From Hyaloraphidium curvatum SAG 235-1 (lineage: Eukaryota > Fungi > Monoblepharomycota), in NCBI GenBank assembly GCA_025558095.1, contig JAIVFI010000019.1:434001-498000 (forward strand): a stretch of 64,000 bases of DNA, written 5' to 3'. Both the position numbers and the translations under genes were made by a program. A model generated the notes under the pieces. It did no database searches. It was not told the DNA's origin and was given only the letters and a program-made list of their open reading frames with translations. Positions 23,538 to 35,600 of the stretch are shown here, in pieces (positions within the stretch are counted from its first letter, which is position 1; every line of letters starts with the position of its first letter).

Positions 23538-25597
23538 CTATGTCGCCGGAGTGGTGGCCGGGGCAGGAGGAACCGGGGGAGGGGAGGGTACGACAGAGGT
23601 TGCGGGTGCCGGAGGCGTCCCGGTGGGTGCCGGAGGCGTGGCAGTGGTGACCACCGCGGTCGTGGCGGGAGCTGAGGGAATCGTTGGAGGCGAGGGTGGC
23701 AGAGCGGTCGAAGGCACGCCCGTCGCGGGCACGCCGGTCGTGGGCACGCCGGTCGTGGGCACGCCAGTCGTGGGCACGACCTGCGAAGTCGATTTCGGTG
23801 CCGCGGTGGTCCGAGTCGCACTCGAGAACGACGTCGAGGTGCTCGAGCTCGCCGACGCGGTGCTCGTGCTTCCCGACAGGGAGTTCTGGCGGATGTTGGA
23901 CAGGCCCGACCACCCGTTCTCGTTGATCGCCTTCATCGCGTACCAGTAGGTACGCCCGGGCACGGCCGTCTCGTCCAGGTAGCCGATGCCCGGCCCTGTG
24001 AGCTCGCTCTCGCTCAGGTTCACGCGAAGGTTGATCCACGTCGCGTTGGGCCCCATCGTTCCGTAGTCCTCGCTGCGGTCCAACGCGTAGACCCTGGCAC
24101 CCGGCGAGCCCTGGAAGCGCACCCGGTTCGGCGCCACGAACGTCAGGATCGCGGGGGGCGCGGCTTCCGGGAGGGAGTAGCCGTATTCTCGGCCGTCCAG
24201 CACGCCGGCGTAGTACCGCATGCCTCCGACGATGTCCACGTTGTCCAGCGGGAAGCCGTTGGACACGTTGGGCGAGATGCCGGGCCAGGAGTAGGCCCAG
24301 TAGTCCTGGTTCAGTTGGCGTGTATCTGCAGGAACGGGCAAGGTGAGACGACCGGTGACCAGTCGGCACAGGCAACGCAACCCACAAAAGCCGCCGGCCT
24401 GGGACCGGAACGTCAGCATGGTCAGGAAGGCCCCCGACATGCCCGAGTTGATGACGTCGCCGCAAAAGGCCTGGAACTGCTTTAGCGGCATGAGGCCGAA
24501 CGACGACACGAACTGGGCCTTGCCGGCCCGCGTGGTGACCTGGACCTCGCTCATGAGGCTCTGGTAGCTGTTCGAGTCCTTGATGGCGAACGCCGTGAGG
24601 ACGCCGAAGGCCACGGTGGAGAGCGCAAAGACGGCCGCGTTGAGCCCGAGGAGGGCGTTGGTCTTGCGCTTGGAGAAGCCCTTGCGCTCGGCCAGGGTGC
24701 GGGTCCACTTGCCCGACACGGCGAGGAAGATGCCCGACAAGACAAAGAAGAAGAGCGCGATCTGCAGCCCGATGATGAGGCCCGCGTTGGGCTCGCTCCA
24801 GTACGTCTCCCCCGTGTAGTACCCCGTGTAGGCGTCGACGTCCGGGCTGCTCAGCAGCTGCTGGCTCCAGCGGGCGCCCGTGGTGCCGTCAAAAACCAGG
24901 TGGTTCGGGTCCTGCGCTTTGATGAACGACGCCATGTCCAAGACCCAGTCCTCCAGGGCCGTGCGGTTCGGAGCGTCCAAGTTGGAGCCGACCTGCCAGG
25001 CCATGATGGCCGGCTCGTCGCGGTAGGCCACGCCCGTGGCAGTATTGACGCGGTTGAGCAGGAACGCCACCACGGCCTTCCAGTCGCCGCGCAGGCCGGG
25101 GTCCGAGTAGAATGCCTCTGGCGGTGCGTCCCGGAAGGCGGCAAAGGCCGCGGTGCCGCCCGTCTCGGCGGCCGGTGCGCCGTCGATCAGGGGCAGCACG
25201 ACCCGCACGGACTGGTTCTTTGCGGCCCACACGGCGCGGTCCAGCGTGCGGAACGCCTCCTCGTCGAACTGCGCGGGGCCGTTGACTGCGGGGCGTCAGC
25301 ATTCCGTTGTGGGAAGAGCGGCCGGAGGACCCCACCGTTGCGGCGCAAGGTCGCCGGCTGTCCCGACCGGCGGATCGACAGCGGGCCGGTCCGCAGCACC
25401 TTGCCGCCCAGCTGCGCAACGGCCGTCGTGGCGTCGCGCTGCTCCCACGCCGACGGCAGCCGCCACAGCGGGTCGCCGAGTTGCGAGATGTACGGCACGT
25501 CGAACGACATCCACCGCAGCCGCGTGCCCGTCTCGTCCACGAGGTCGGTGCCGCGCCGGGAGATGAACCCGGTGATGTTGGCCATAGGCGCCGTCAT
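23538..25597 (-). CDS. GH5 (mannanase-like) fold protein, probably non-catalytic, with TM hairpin, FnIII-like domain and S/T/P-rich tail
   Basis: GFISRRGTDL, AFRTLDRAVWAAKNQSVRVVLPLID, FYSDP...LLNRVNTATGVAYRDEPAIMAW, FIKAQDPNHLVFDG. FnIII-like YLDETAVPGRTYWYAMKAINENGWSGLSN. Confidence 0.85.
23715..23780 (-). repeat. 15-bp coding tandem repeat (VPTTG) x4
   Basis: VPTTGVPTTGVPTTGVPATGVP in the mucin-like tail. Confidence 0.85.
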
Positions 25598-26261
25598 CGC
25601 CGGGAATGGGGGAAATGCGGGACGGGGTCCGAGCGGTTGACTTGCCCGGAAAAGAGATGATCAGCCCTTCCTCTTCCGTGGGCGACCTACGTTGCGCCTT
25701 GCAGTGAACCCAAACTGTAGCGCTGTTTGTAATTCTGACAGACATGTAGGTACCTGGTCCTTCCCGGGGTCCGTTTGCTTGCTGCCCCCACGGAGTGAAC
25801 GGAGTGAGGGCTGGGCAAGAGGTGGGAGTCTCACCTGATATTGAGGGCAAGACCGAAGCTGCCTATGGAGGACCGTGGGAGCAAGTGGACACTTCGAAGA
25901 CCATCAGACAGACTTTGCGATGCATGTAGTCGGGGCAGATCTCTCGTGTGCGTTCACTGATATCGCAGGGGAATGCAGCGATCAGAGGCGTGCACTACAT
26001 GCGAAGGGGGCCCTGCGAAGCGACGTTCCGTTGCACCGCAAAGGTACATAAGTGCCCCAAAGGCCGGCAGCCGGCACTTCGTTGCGGCAGGCGGGGTGTG
26101 CGAGGCGGGGGACTCGATTGTGCCGTGCTGCGGCGAGCGTGACCGCGTTTGGGTGTGCGACCTCCAAGCGACCTTCCGCATTCGTGCCGTGCTTTCGGCA
26201 ACGCACCCGCCCGCTCCGCGGCCCTCCCCGCCGATGCGCGCTCGCCGGCCGGCGGAGTAGC

Positions 26262-28362
26262 ATGGAGAGCACACCGCCGCCGGGTGCGGGGCCGCCCGCC
26301 GCCGCGGCGCCCGCGGAATCGCCGCCCGACGGCACCGCCGAGGCCGCGGTCGCCGGCGTGCTCGCGGGGCTCGGGCTGCCGTCGATGCACCGCGCCGCGA
26401 CGCTGGCGGGCCACCCCGTGCCGCACCCCGTTCCGCACGGTGCGCTGCTGTCGCCGGGGGCCGGGTCGCCCGGCGTGCGGCGCGCGGTCTCGGCCGGGTC
26501 GGGCGAGTCCCGCCGCCGCGCGCAGCCGCAGCGCCCGACGCAGTGGACAATCACCGACGAGTCGGCGCTGGCCGGCGCAGCAGCGGCGGCCGCGGACGCA
26601 CCCCCCGTGCCGCCGGCCAGGATGAACAAGCCGCGCACATACGTGTTCCACCCGCTGACGCCGTCGTCGATGAGCCAGATGCTGCACTACGACGGCGGCC
26701 AGCGCACGCCGCAGGGCAGGCACGGTCGCTCGGGCTCGCTGAGCCTGCAGCCGCCCGCAAACCCTGGCAGGGCTCCGCAGCCCGTGTTCGTGCAGCAGCA
26801 GGGCGCACCGATCCTGCTCCCGCCCGGCGCCGTGCCCGCCGTGCCCGCCGTCGCAGGCGTGCAGGTGCTGGCAGCACCCGTCGAGCCGCGCAGCGCCACC
26901 CCGCCCGACGCACGCATGCGCGATGGGTCGCCGCAGCCCGGCCCGCCGCCCCCCATGCACTTCATCCCCGCCTACCAGCTGCCGCCCGGCGTGCCGGTCA
27001 TGCCGGGCATGCTGCCCGTGCTCATCCCGCCCGGGCAGGCCCCGCCGATCCTCGTGCCCCACCCGCCGCCGCAAGGGGGCGGCTCGCCGTCGAGCGAGTC
27101 CGCCGGCAGCTCGGATTTGCGGCGCCAGGGCTCGGCCGGCCACGGCAATCCGACCGTGCACGGCCCTGCCATCGTCGTGCCCGCGGGCGAGCCCGACGCC
27201 GGCCCGCAGACGCCCCCCGCCGCCCCCGCGCCGCCCCCGGTGCCCCGGCGCTACTCGTTCGTCAACGTGACCTCGGCCGTGACCGCAAAGCTCGCGACAG
27301 AGCACGGACATGACGTCGGGATCCATTACAAGCAGAAGCGCAAGACCATCTCGCCCGCGCAGCTCAAGGAGCTCAACGCGGCCTTCCGGCGCTCCGACAG
27401 GCCGGGCGGCACGGAACGCGAGGAGCTGGCGCGGAGGCTGGGCATGTCGACACGCGAGGTGCAGGTGCGTCCCGTCCATCCGCGTGCCCCTCTGCTGCGC
27501 ACGTCCTGATGCATGCGATGCGTCCCCCCAGGTCTGGTTCCAGAACCGCCGCGCCAAGCAGCGATCGATGCACCAGAAGAAGGAGATCCGCCCGCCGCAG
27601 CCGCTCCCGGTGCCTGGCGAGGGCGAGGCGGACGCGGACGACGGGGAGCCGTACCCCACGCCGTTCGGGTCCCCTCGCGCGCGTCGGGCGCGGACGCTCT
27701 CGCTGGGCAACCGCAGCCACCGCTCCGAGAGCCTCGACCTGGACGACCGCGAGATGGAGGACGACGAGCAGGGCAGCGGAGAGGGGTCGTCGGGCATCGG
27801 GTCGCCCACCACGGCCGGCACCGAGGGCCCCGACTCCGTCATGTCGCCGCCGCCGACCCCGCCGATGGTTGGCATGCTGCAGGATGCGCCCCCGATGGCC
27901 GTGTCGCGCGGGCGCAGCGGGGTGGACCTGCTGGCCATGGTCGCCCTGCAGCACTCTGGTCCCGCCGAGGCTGGCCCCTCGCCGGTGCCGGCCGCGGCCG
28001 AGCCGCGCACGCTCATGACGCGCTGGGCGACGGGCGCATCGGACAGCAGCGACCTGACCCGCAAGTCGTCCACCAACTCGTCCGGCAGCGTCACCGTCTC
28101 GACCGTCGACACGAGGCGGCTGAGCGTCGGCAGCGCCAACCACCTGACCGACGCCCTGGAGGACATCCGGCTCACGGAGCAGCTGGCCGAGGAGGACGAC
28201 GACGGCATGAAGGGCCTCAAGCGGTCGTGGAGCGCCCGCGCGGCGCCCTCCGAGGCCGCGCGGGACCCGGCCGAGACCCAGGAGAGGGATTCTTCGCCGG
28301 CGCGCTCGAACCCTATCAAGAGAGCCTCATCGCACCGGCACCCGCTTTCGCACGAGTATTAG
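26262..28362 (+). CDS. Homeodomain transcription factor
   Basis: KQKRKTISPAQLKELNAAF...EREELARRLGMSTREVQ|VWFQNRRAK, with an intron (~27466-27531) at the classic helix-3 position. Confidence 0.92.
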
Positions 28363-28525
28363 CAACGGGGGAGTGGCCCTCGAGTGTAGGCATTATTTCT
28401 CCCGTGGGGAATTAGGCTAGACTTTCGATTCTGGGAACGCCCTGCTGGAGGGGCTTGGAACTGCACAGGATGTACATACGTGAGGATACCTTCTTTTGGG
28501 TTATTCTGGGTTCAAGACATGAGTT

Positions 28526-29789
28526 TTAGCTACCTTCTAGCGTGATCGTCCCCTTCACACCCGTCCGCCCCCGGTCGTCCACGGCCCACACGTCCCACTC
28601 GACCTCGCCCGATGCGTTGTACCTGCTGGCGCCGCGGAGGGTGATGGGCCGTTCGACGTAGTACGGGGAGTTGAGCCTGAATTTGTACGAGGCGATGTTG
28701 GCACTCGCGTCGGGTCCGATCCGAGCGCGGAGCTCGTCCGAGAGGAACTGCGCGACAAGGGGGCCGTGCACGACCAGGTCGGGGTGCTTCTCGATCTCCT
28801 TGGTGTACGGCCGCTCGTAGTGGATCTTGTGCCTGCGGGCCAAGCCCGGTCAGATGGGAGCGCCAATCGCCACGACGTCATTGCGACGCACGTGTTGAAG
28901 GTGAGGGCCGAGTACCGGAACAGCAGGGCCGCGTCCGGCAGCACCCGCTTCTCCCATTCGAATTTGGGCTCGTCCTCGCCCACGGGCGGCGGCGCCGGCT
29001 TGGCGGGTGCGTCGGTGGAGGCCGCTTTGGCTCCCTCGGCCGGCTTCGGGATCTGCATGTACACCACCTGGCGACGTTCCGTGACGCAGAGGCCGGTGTC
29101 GTTCCAGAAGTCGCGCACTGCGGGTCGAGGTGAGGAGCAGCAAAGATGAAGTCAAGGTGACGTCAGGAACTGCTAGAAACGGAATGCCCACCTTCCTCCA
29201 CAAAAACCAGCGGTCCTCTCCGGTTGCCGTCCTTGATCTTGACGCCTTCCGCGGGGTAGTACATTTCCACAACGGCCTTGTCGCCGCAGCGGAGCGGGTT
29301 GCTGGTGTTGAAGGTGATGTTGGCGCCCGCGAACATCCTGACATCGAACGGCGGCGGAGGCTTGATGTCTTTCGGGTGTCCATCGGGGGAAAGACCAAAC
29401 GTAGGTTTGGACTGCAATGGTGTCAGGTTCGCTTTGAGTGTGCACCAAAGACTGAATCAGACCTCAATGAAGTATGCCAAGTGCCAGAGCGGGGGCAGCG
29501 GCGAGCCCTCCTCAAACTTCAGCCACGGGTCGTGCTCCGTCAGGGCCATGGTCGCGCCGTACAGGTTGGCGTGAGAGGTGTCGATCGTCGCGTGGACTTT
29601 GCGCGGCGGGGCCGCGACCATCGCCCCGGTCCACTTTTTGAGCCTGTCCAAGACCTCGGGATCCATTGTAGATTCGCTGGAGTTGTGCCGCATGGACATG
29701 CGGGAAGCGGCGGCGCCGGAGCATGCCGGTGCTCGGAGGGCACGGAGGTTCGGCGCGCCGAGAACGCGTGCAGCACGCAGCATCCCCAT
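28526..29789 (-). CDS. Mitochondrial hydroxyacyl-thioester dehydratase (HTD2 / MaoC-like double hotdog)
   Basis: Arg-rich presequence, LPPLWHLAYF, LSPDGH...RMFAGANITF, LLFRYSALTFNT|HKIHY, LVVHGPL. Confidence 0.88.
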
Positions 29790-30067
29790 GCCGCGGTCGC
29801 GAGCACGCGGGAAACAGAAATTGCAGTCTATAAAAGTCCCGTGATGTGCCCTGCGGCGTGCAAAGAGCTGGAAATGCAGCGGGTGACAGCCGGCAGCGCT
29901 GTTGTCTTGATCAAGCGTCGGCCGCGACCAACCGGCAGGACGACGACCGCCAAATCAAGCGGCAACCAGGGCCGCTCGGCGCCGCTCCGCCACCCTCGCA
30001 CACCGCGCACCACCTGGTAACTGTCCTGGAAAGCCCGTGCCGACGTTAGCTACCCGGCGCGCGGCCG

Positions 30068-32454
30068 ATGTTCTCCAAGAAGGCAGCGGCCGACAAAGGC
30101 CAGACGAAGTTGCCCTTCGCACCGCTGCACAAGGCGGGCGACAAGCAGAGCCCTGCGACGCGCGATTCTCCGATGCCAAGGAACGACCCGAAGCCGCGCA
30201 ACTTGCCGTGGGGAAAGGTGCGAACGGTTCCGCGGTCCCAGAGGTCCCGCGCTTGACCGGGTCCCCCGCAGAAACCCGAACAGTCGCAGAACGGGCCGTC
30301 CAAATCGGGCTACTGGGCTGGCAGCAGGCAGAGCGGCTCGGGTGCCGGGGCGGCGGAAATCGCGGACGCCGAGCCGCAGTCGGGGTGGAAGACCACCAGC
30401 AAGGTCGAACCGCCAAAGAAGCGCAAGTTCGAGTACGACGACGGCTACGGGGAATTCGATGACGGATGGAGCGAGAACAAGAGCCGGACGGGCAAGGGCA
30501 AAACGACCGGGGGAATCAGCAAGGAGCAGAGGGCGGAAGACGCAAACCTGGCCGCCATCCTGAAACTGTCGGATGAGCAGAAGGTGGTGCTGGGTTGGGT
30601 AGCGGAGCATCGAGGTTCGTCCTTTGCGGCTGCGTTGGCCGGACAACAACTCTTGCTCGACAGAGAACGTCTTCTTTACCGGGGCTGCGGGTCGGTTCTT
30701 CACACTTTGCGTCCCGTTGCCTTTCGAACTGCTAACCTCCTACCGACAAAGGCACTGGGAAGTCTTTCCTCCTCAGACAGATCATCAAGGATCTGAAGCG
30801 TCTGCATGGCAAGGATGCGGTGGCGGTCTGCGGTAGGCAGTTCGCTTCCCTCTTGTCGGCCACTCTGACGGATACTCGTCAGCATCAACGGGTCTGGCTG
30901 CGGTGAACATTTCTGGCACCACTCTTCACTCGTGGGCAGGATGCGGACTGGCCCAGGAGCCGGCTCCGGTAGGGGATCATCGTTTGGGCTGCGCTTCGTC
31001 ATCCTGACCGGCCCTCCAGTTCCTCGCCAACAAGGTTCGCAAAAACAGGAATGCCCTTGCTCGGTGGTCGCGGACCCAGGTCCTCATCATCGACGAAAGT
31101 GGGATTGCGCGGCTTTGCACTCGGAACCCGCAAGTGCTGACCATCGTCACCAACAACAGTCTCCATGGTCGATGCCGTGCTGTTCGACAAGCTGGAAGAA
31201 GTCGCCCGCGATATCAAGCGCAACTCCAGACCTTTTGGTGGCATCCAAGTCATTCTCACCGGGGACTTTTTCCAACTGCCACCTGTTGACCAATCCGGGG
31301 CCAAGTTCGCATTCGAGGCGAAGTCGTGGTCGAGGGTGGTCACAAAGCAGATCGAGCTCAAGAAGGTGCGTGGCCAAAACAAGCGCCTTCGACTTTGCGA
31401 CTTGACATCAACGGATCCCCTCGTCCAGGTTTTCCGCCAGACCGACTCGACCTTCATCAACGTCCTCAACGAGCTCCGCATCGGACAATGCTCGGAAGAA
31501 ACGCGCCGCATCCTCAAAGGCCTGGAGCGCGTGCCCAACTACCCCAACGACGGAATCGAACCTACCCAGCTTTACTCGCGGCGGCAGGAGGTGGACAATG
31601 CGAACCAGGCGAAGCTCATGGCGCTTCCCGGCGAGCTGCGCAAGTATACTGCCACGGACACTGGCCTGCCAGAGAACCTCAAGAAGCTGGACGCCTCGTG
31701 CATGGCTCCCGCTTTGCTGTACCTCAAGGTCAACGCCCAAGTCGTCCTGATCAAGTCTGTCGACTCGGGCTTGGGAACGATGTCTTCGCAGCTCGTCAAC
31801 GGGTCCAGGGGTGTTGTGGTTGCGTTCTCCGACAAGACGGGCCTGCCGATCGTCAGGTAATGCTAGACACCGTTGTCTTCTCAACGGCTTTCTGATTGGC
31901 CACTCTCCCTCTCTGCAGGTTTACAAACGGGAAGGAGATCGAGATCGAAAAGCAAGAGTTCTCGCAGGAGAGCTCGGGGGAGAAGCTAGCGACTCGCCGG
32001 CAGATTCCCCTCCTCCTCGCTTGGTTCGTCGAGTCGCAACGTCCACGATTCGTTATCGCTGACCCTCCCATGCAGGGCTTTGAGCATCCACAAAAGCCAG
32101 GGCCAAACGCTGGACCGGGTCAAGATCGACCTTGGTTCCGTGTTCGAAAGTGGGTGCATCGGGCCATTTTGCAGCAATCGGGCTGATGCAATGGTGCTCG
32201 TTGATGACAGAGGGGCAAAGCTACGTCGGACTGAGTAGGGCACGGTCGATGGATGGTAGGCCGTCCCAACAGTTGGCAATCAGACGTCAGGCTTACCTTC
32301 CAACAGGTCTCCAGGTCTTGCGGTTTGATCCGTCGAAGGTCATGGCGCACCCGAAAGTCGCTGAATGGGTATGCCTTTCGTAGAACGGAGGTGTCGGCGA
32401 CGCTCATTCGACCCCAATCAGGCACGAAAGATCAGAGAAGAGCAGCAAGAGTAG
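30068..32454 (+). CDS. PIF1: PIF1-family 5'-3' DNA helicase, multi-exon
   Basis: NVFFTGAAG|[24 protein letters not shown]|[30 protein letters not shown]|[21 protein letters not shown]. Confidence 0.95.
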
Positions 32455-32630
32455 CTTTCGATGACTTATCTGAGTCCTGTGTAGATGGATGTTTCCCCTG
32501 GAGACGCATGCACGAAGAGCGTGAAGCCACGAAGGGCCCTGGACCATGGACTGTTCTCGCACCCAGAATACCATCCAGACACCTTCACTATTCGCAATCA
32601 GCCGCTAAATGGCTTTTTTCTAAATCTAGA

Positions 32631-35600
32631 TCAAGACCGTAGGCTCTCCACGAACGACCCGACTTCAGCCTGGGCGCGCTGCCGCAGCTCTTCCTCCCTC
32701 GAAGTGTCGTTCAGCCACTGCTCGTACGTCGCGTCGTCCACAATGTCCAGCTCATGGAATATGCGGAACATGTGCGCCATGAACTCTGAAGGTGAGGGGG
32801 GTCGTCAGGTCAGGGCAGGCGGGGAAGCATTCGACGCGAGCACGCACGAGAAGGGTAGCCTAGGTCCTGGCACACAGATTGGATCGAGGAAAGGGCCTGA
32901 CCCCGGAGCTGGGGTTGCTCGGCAGGAAGGATAGCGGCGAGGACGTCCTGGAAGCTGCCCACGATTTCGCGCTGCCGCGAGTAGTGCTCCCGCGTCGGCG
33001 ACTCGGGTTCGGCGAGGGCCTGTCCGGTTTGCGCCGCGGCCAGGCGCACCACTGCCGGAACAAGCTGCCCAATCCAAGCCTCCGAACCCAGCTGTTCCGC
33101 AGACAAGCACTCGAACAGGACCCTGACGCGCTCGGGATCCAGAACATTCGGATCCGTCTGAGCCTCGCCAAAGAGCTCCTTCAGCCCCGCCTCGGCTTCT
33201 TCAGGGCTGGGCCTGTCGTCCTCGACCGCGGGAGAACCTTCCTCGTCAGGAACGTCCTCGCCGTCCTCGGCATCAGGCGGCGGCGCGCCCTTGAAGATGG
33301 GCTCGAAACCGTTGGAAGCGATCCACTCGTTGATGACCTCGTCCGTCCCGGTCGTTCCCGGCCAGAAGGACTTGAGCTCAAGCTCCGACTCGTCCCACAT
33401 CGCAGCGGCAGACTCGGGTTCAACGCGAAGGATTTCGTCAAAAACGGGTTTGAGGAGTTTCGGGGCTGCAAAAGGCAGTCAGCAGGCCGAAGAGGAAGAC
33501 GGTACCGGGGAAACGAACCCTGGGGAACACGAGAGGGAGAATCCACGAGGGGTTGGCAAAGGTCCGCGAGGAGGGCGGGTTGGATGCCTTGGTGGAGGAT
33601 CAACCGAGCGACGATCACGCCGAAAATGCTGAAGACCTTGGGTGCATCGGGCACGAGGTCCTCGAGCATTTCCGCTTGCCGGCTGAGACTGAAAACCAAA
33701 GAAGGTGAGCGCAGCGCAAACGCAGGTGGACGGAGCCACCAACCATTTCTCCAATGTCTCCGACGACATGACCTTATCCGTGACCATGCGCGCCAGGGCT
33801 TTGCCGAACCGAGCCACCCGCGGATCATCTTCCTTGCTGAAGTTGATGTCGAATGCACGTGAAAACCAGCGGTCCAGGATGTCGTCGTCGCACTGGTGGT
33901 TGGACGGGCCAGAGAACTCCTCCCAGGACCGCACAAGCTCGTCGATGCTCGACTCGGGGCCGAAGAACTCCTTGATGGCGCTCTCCCCAAGCTTCTCCGC
34001 CTGCTCGACCGACATGATGTCCCCTTTCGGGGTCTTGCCGGCCGGAGCTGCTGCGGGAGCCTTGGACGGCGGCAGCTGGGCCTCGGCCTCTTCCTCCTTC
34101 TTGCGCGGTTCCGCCGTGTCCGCAAGCGCGCTGAACATGTTGGAGGTCGTCGTCTGCATCGGCGAAGCAACCTGCGAGCCGGCAGATGGCTGGCGGCTCA
34201 TCGGCAACGGCGACTTTTCGTCATCCGGCCGGTTCCAACCGCGCGCACCGGCACCGAAGCTGCTCAAGGAGCCACCAGGGCCGAGACGAACGTCTCCGGG
34301 CCGCTTGGATGCCATCGAGTCCGTAACCTTGCCGAAATTGCTGAGGTCCCCGGTATGGCGGGCCTGGGCACCCCGCATGGCCGCCTGAGCAGCGGCTTCG
34401 CGCGCTGCCTTACCAACCGGCTCCCTGCCACGACCGCCACCCTGCTTGTCAAACGCACCGCGGCCGCTGCCTGCGCGGCCGAGCGCGCGGAGGTTCTGCG
34501 CCTGCTCCTCCAGCTCCTGCTCGGCGTCCTGCCGGATCTCGTTGAGCGTCTTCGGCCCAGCCTGCGCCGTGCGCGCCTTCCAGTGGTTCTTCTCCCTGAG
34601 ATCGACCACGTCCTGCAGGGCAAAGCGGATACGCGACGACAGGTGCTGGTTGGTTGCGAGCTTCTTGATGAACTTGAAGTACTCGTCCATGTGCGTCTTG
34701 GCCTTCGGATGGTCGAGCTTCTCGCCGATCGTGGTCATGAGCTTGCACACGCTCTCCAGCTCCTCCTCGCCGTGGTTCTTGGCCCCGTCCTGCAGCAGCT
34801 GGTTGATGCACGCGTGCATGATCTTCTCCCCGAGCATCCCGAGGTTGAAGAGCTCGCCGATGAAACGGATGTTGCCGAGACCCTGGCGCTTGAGCTTCTG
34901 CCGCCGCTCCTCGTCCTCCACAAGCTTCTGCTTTTCCTCCAGCGTCATCTCCGAGATCTCCTTGTGCTCGCGGTCCTTGCCGATGTCGGCCCATCTCGCG
35001 CCCTTCTCGAACTCGGCCTGGCACTTGGTGAGCAAAAGCCGGCGGAACAGATTGTTCTTGGTGGGATCCCGCTCGTCCGCCATCCAGGGGCGCCCGCGGG
35101 GCAGCTCAATGGAGAGCTTGGAGCACAGCCTGGCGTACATGGAACCAAAGTTCGGTTCGTCCACGGCCTTGTCGAAGATGCCGGCAATGATGAGGGCGAG
35201 GATGCTCTCGTTGTCGATCCCGAGGCCCATAATCTGCTGCGAGATGGACTCGAACTTCTCCAGCGAGAGCTTGTTGAGGAGACCCTGCAGCTTCCTCCGG
35301 ATCTTCTCCTCGGCATCGTCGACGCCGACGCGCTTGACGGTCGGCGGCGCCCAGGCAGAGTCAGAGGATTCAAGCGGCTTGATCTGGTCGATGGGGATCG
35401 TGAACTGCGCTTCCATCTCCATGTCCTTGCGCGACCGTCCACCCTGCGATCCCTGGCGACCGCCGCCCTTGTCGCCGCCGCGTCCCGAACGCCTGTCCCC
35501 GCCGGCGGCCGCACGTCCGCCCTGGGACTGCGCGCGGGGCCCGAGCCCCGACGCAAGACCGCCGGAAGAGGGTAAGCGCGGCCCCAGCCCCGAGCCAAAG

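Noticed and set aside
25995-28319. 774-aa minus-strand ORF
   Set aside because: Antisense shadow of the GC-rich homeobox gene; low-complexity R/A/G with no motifs.
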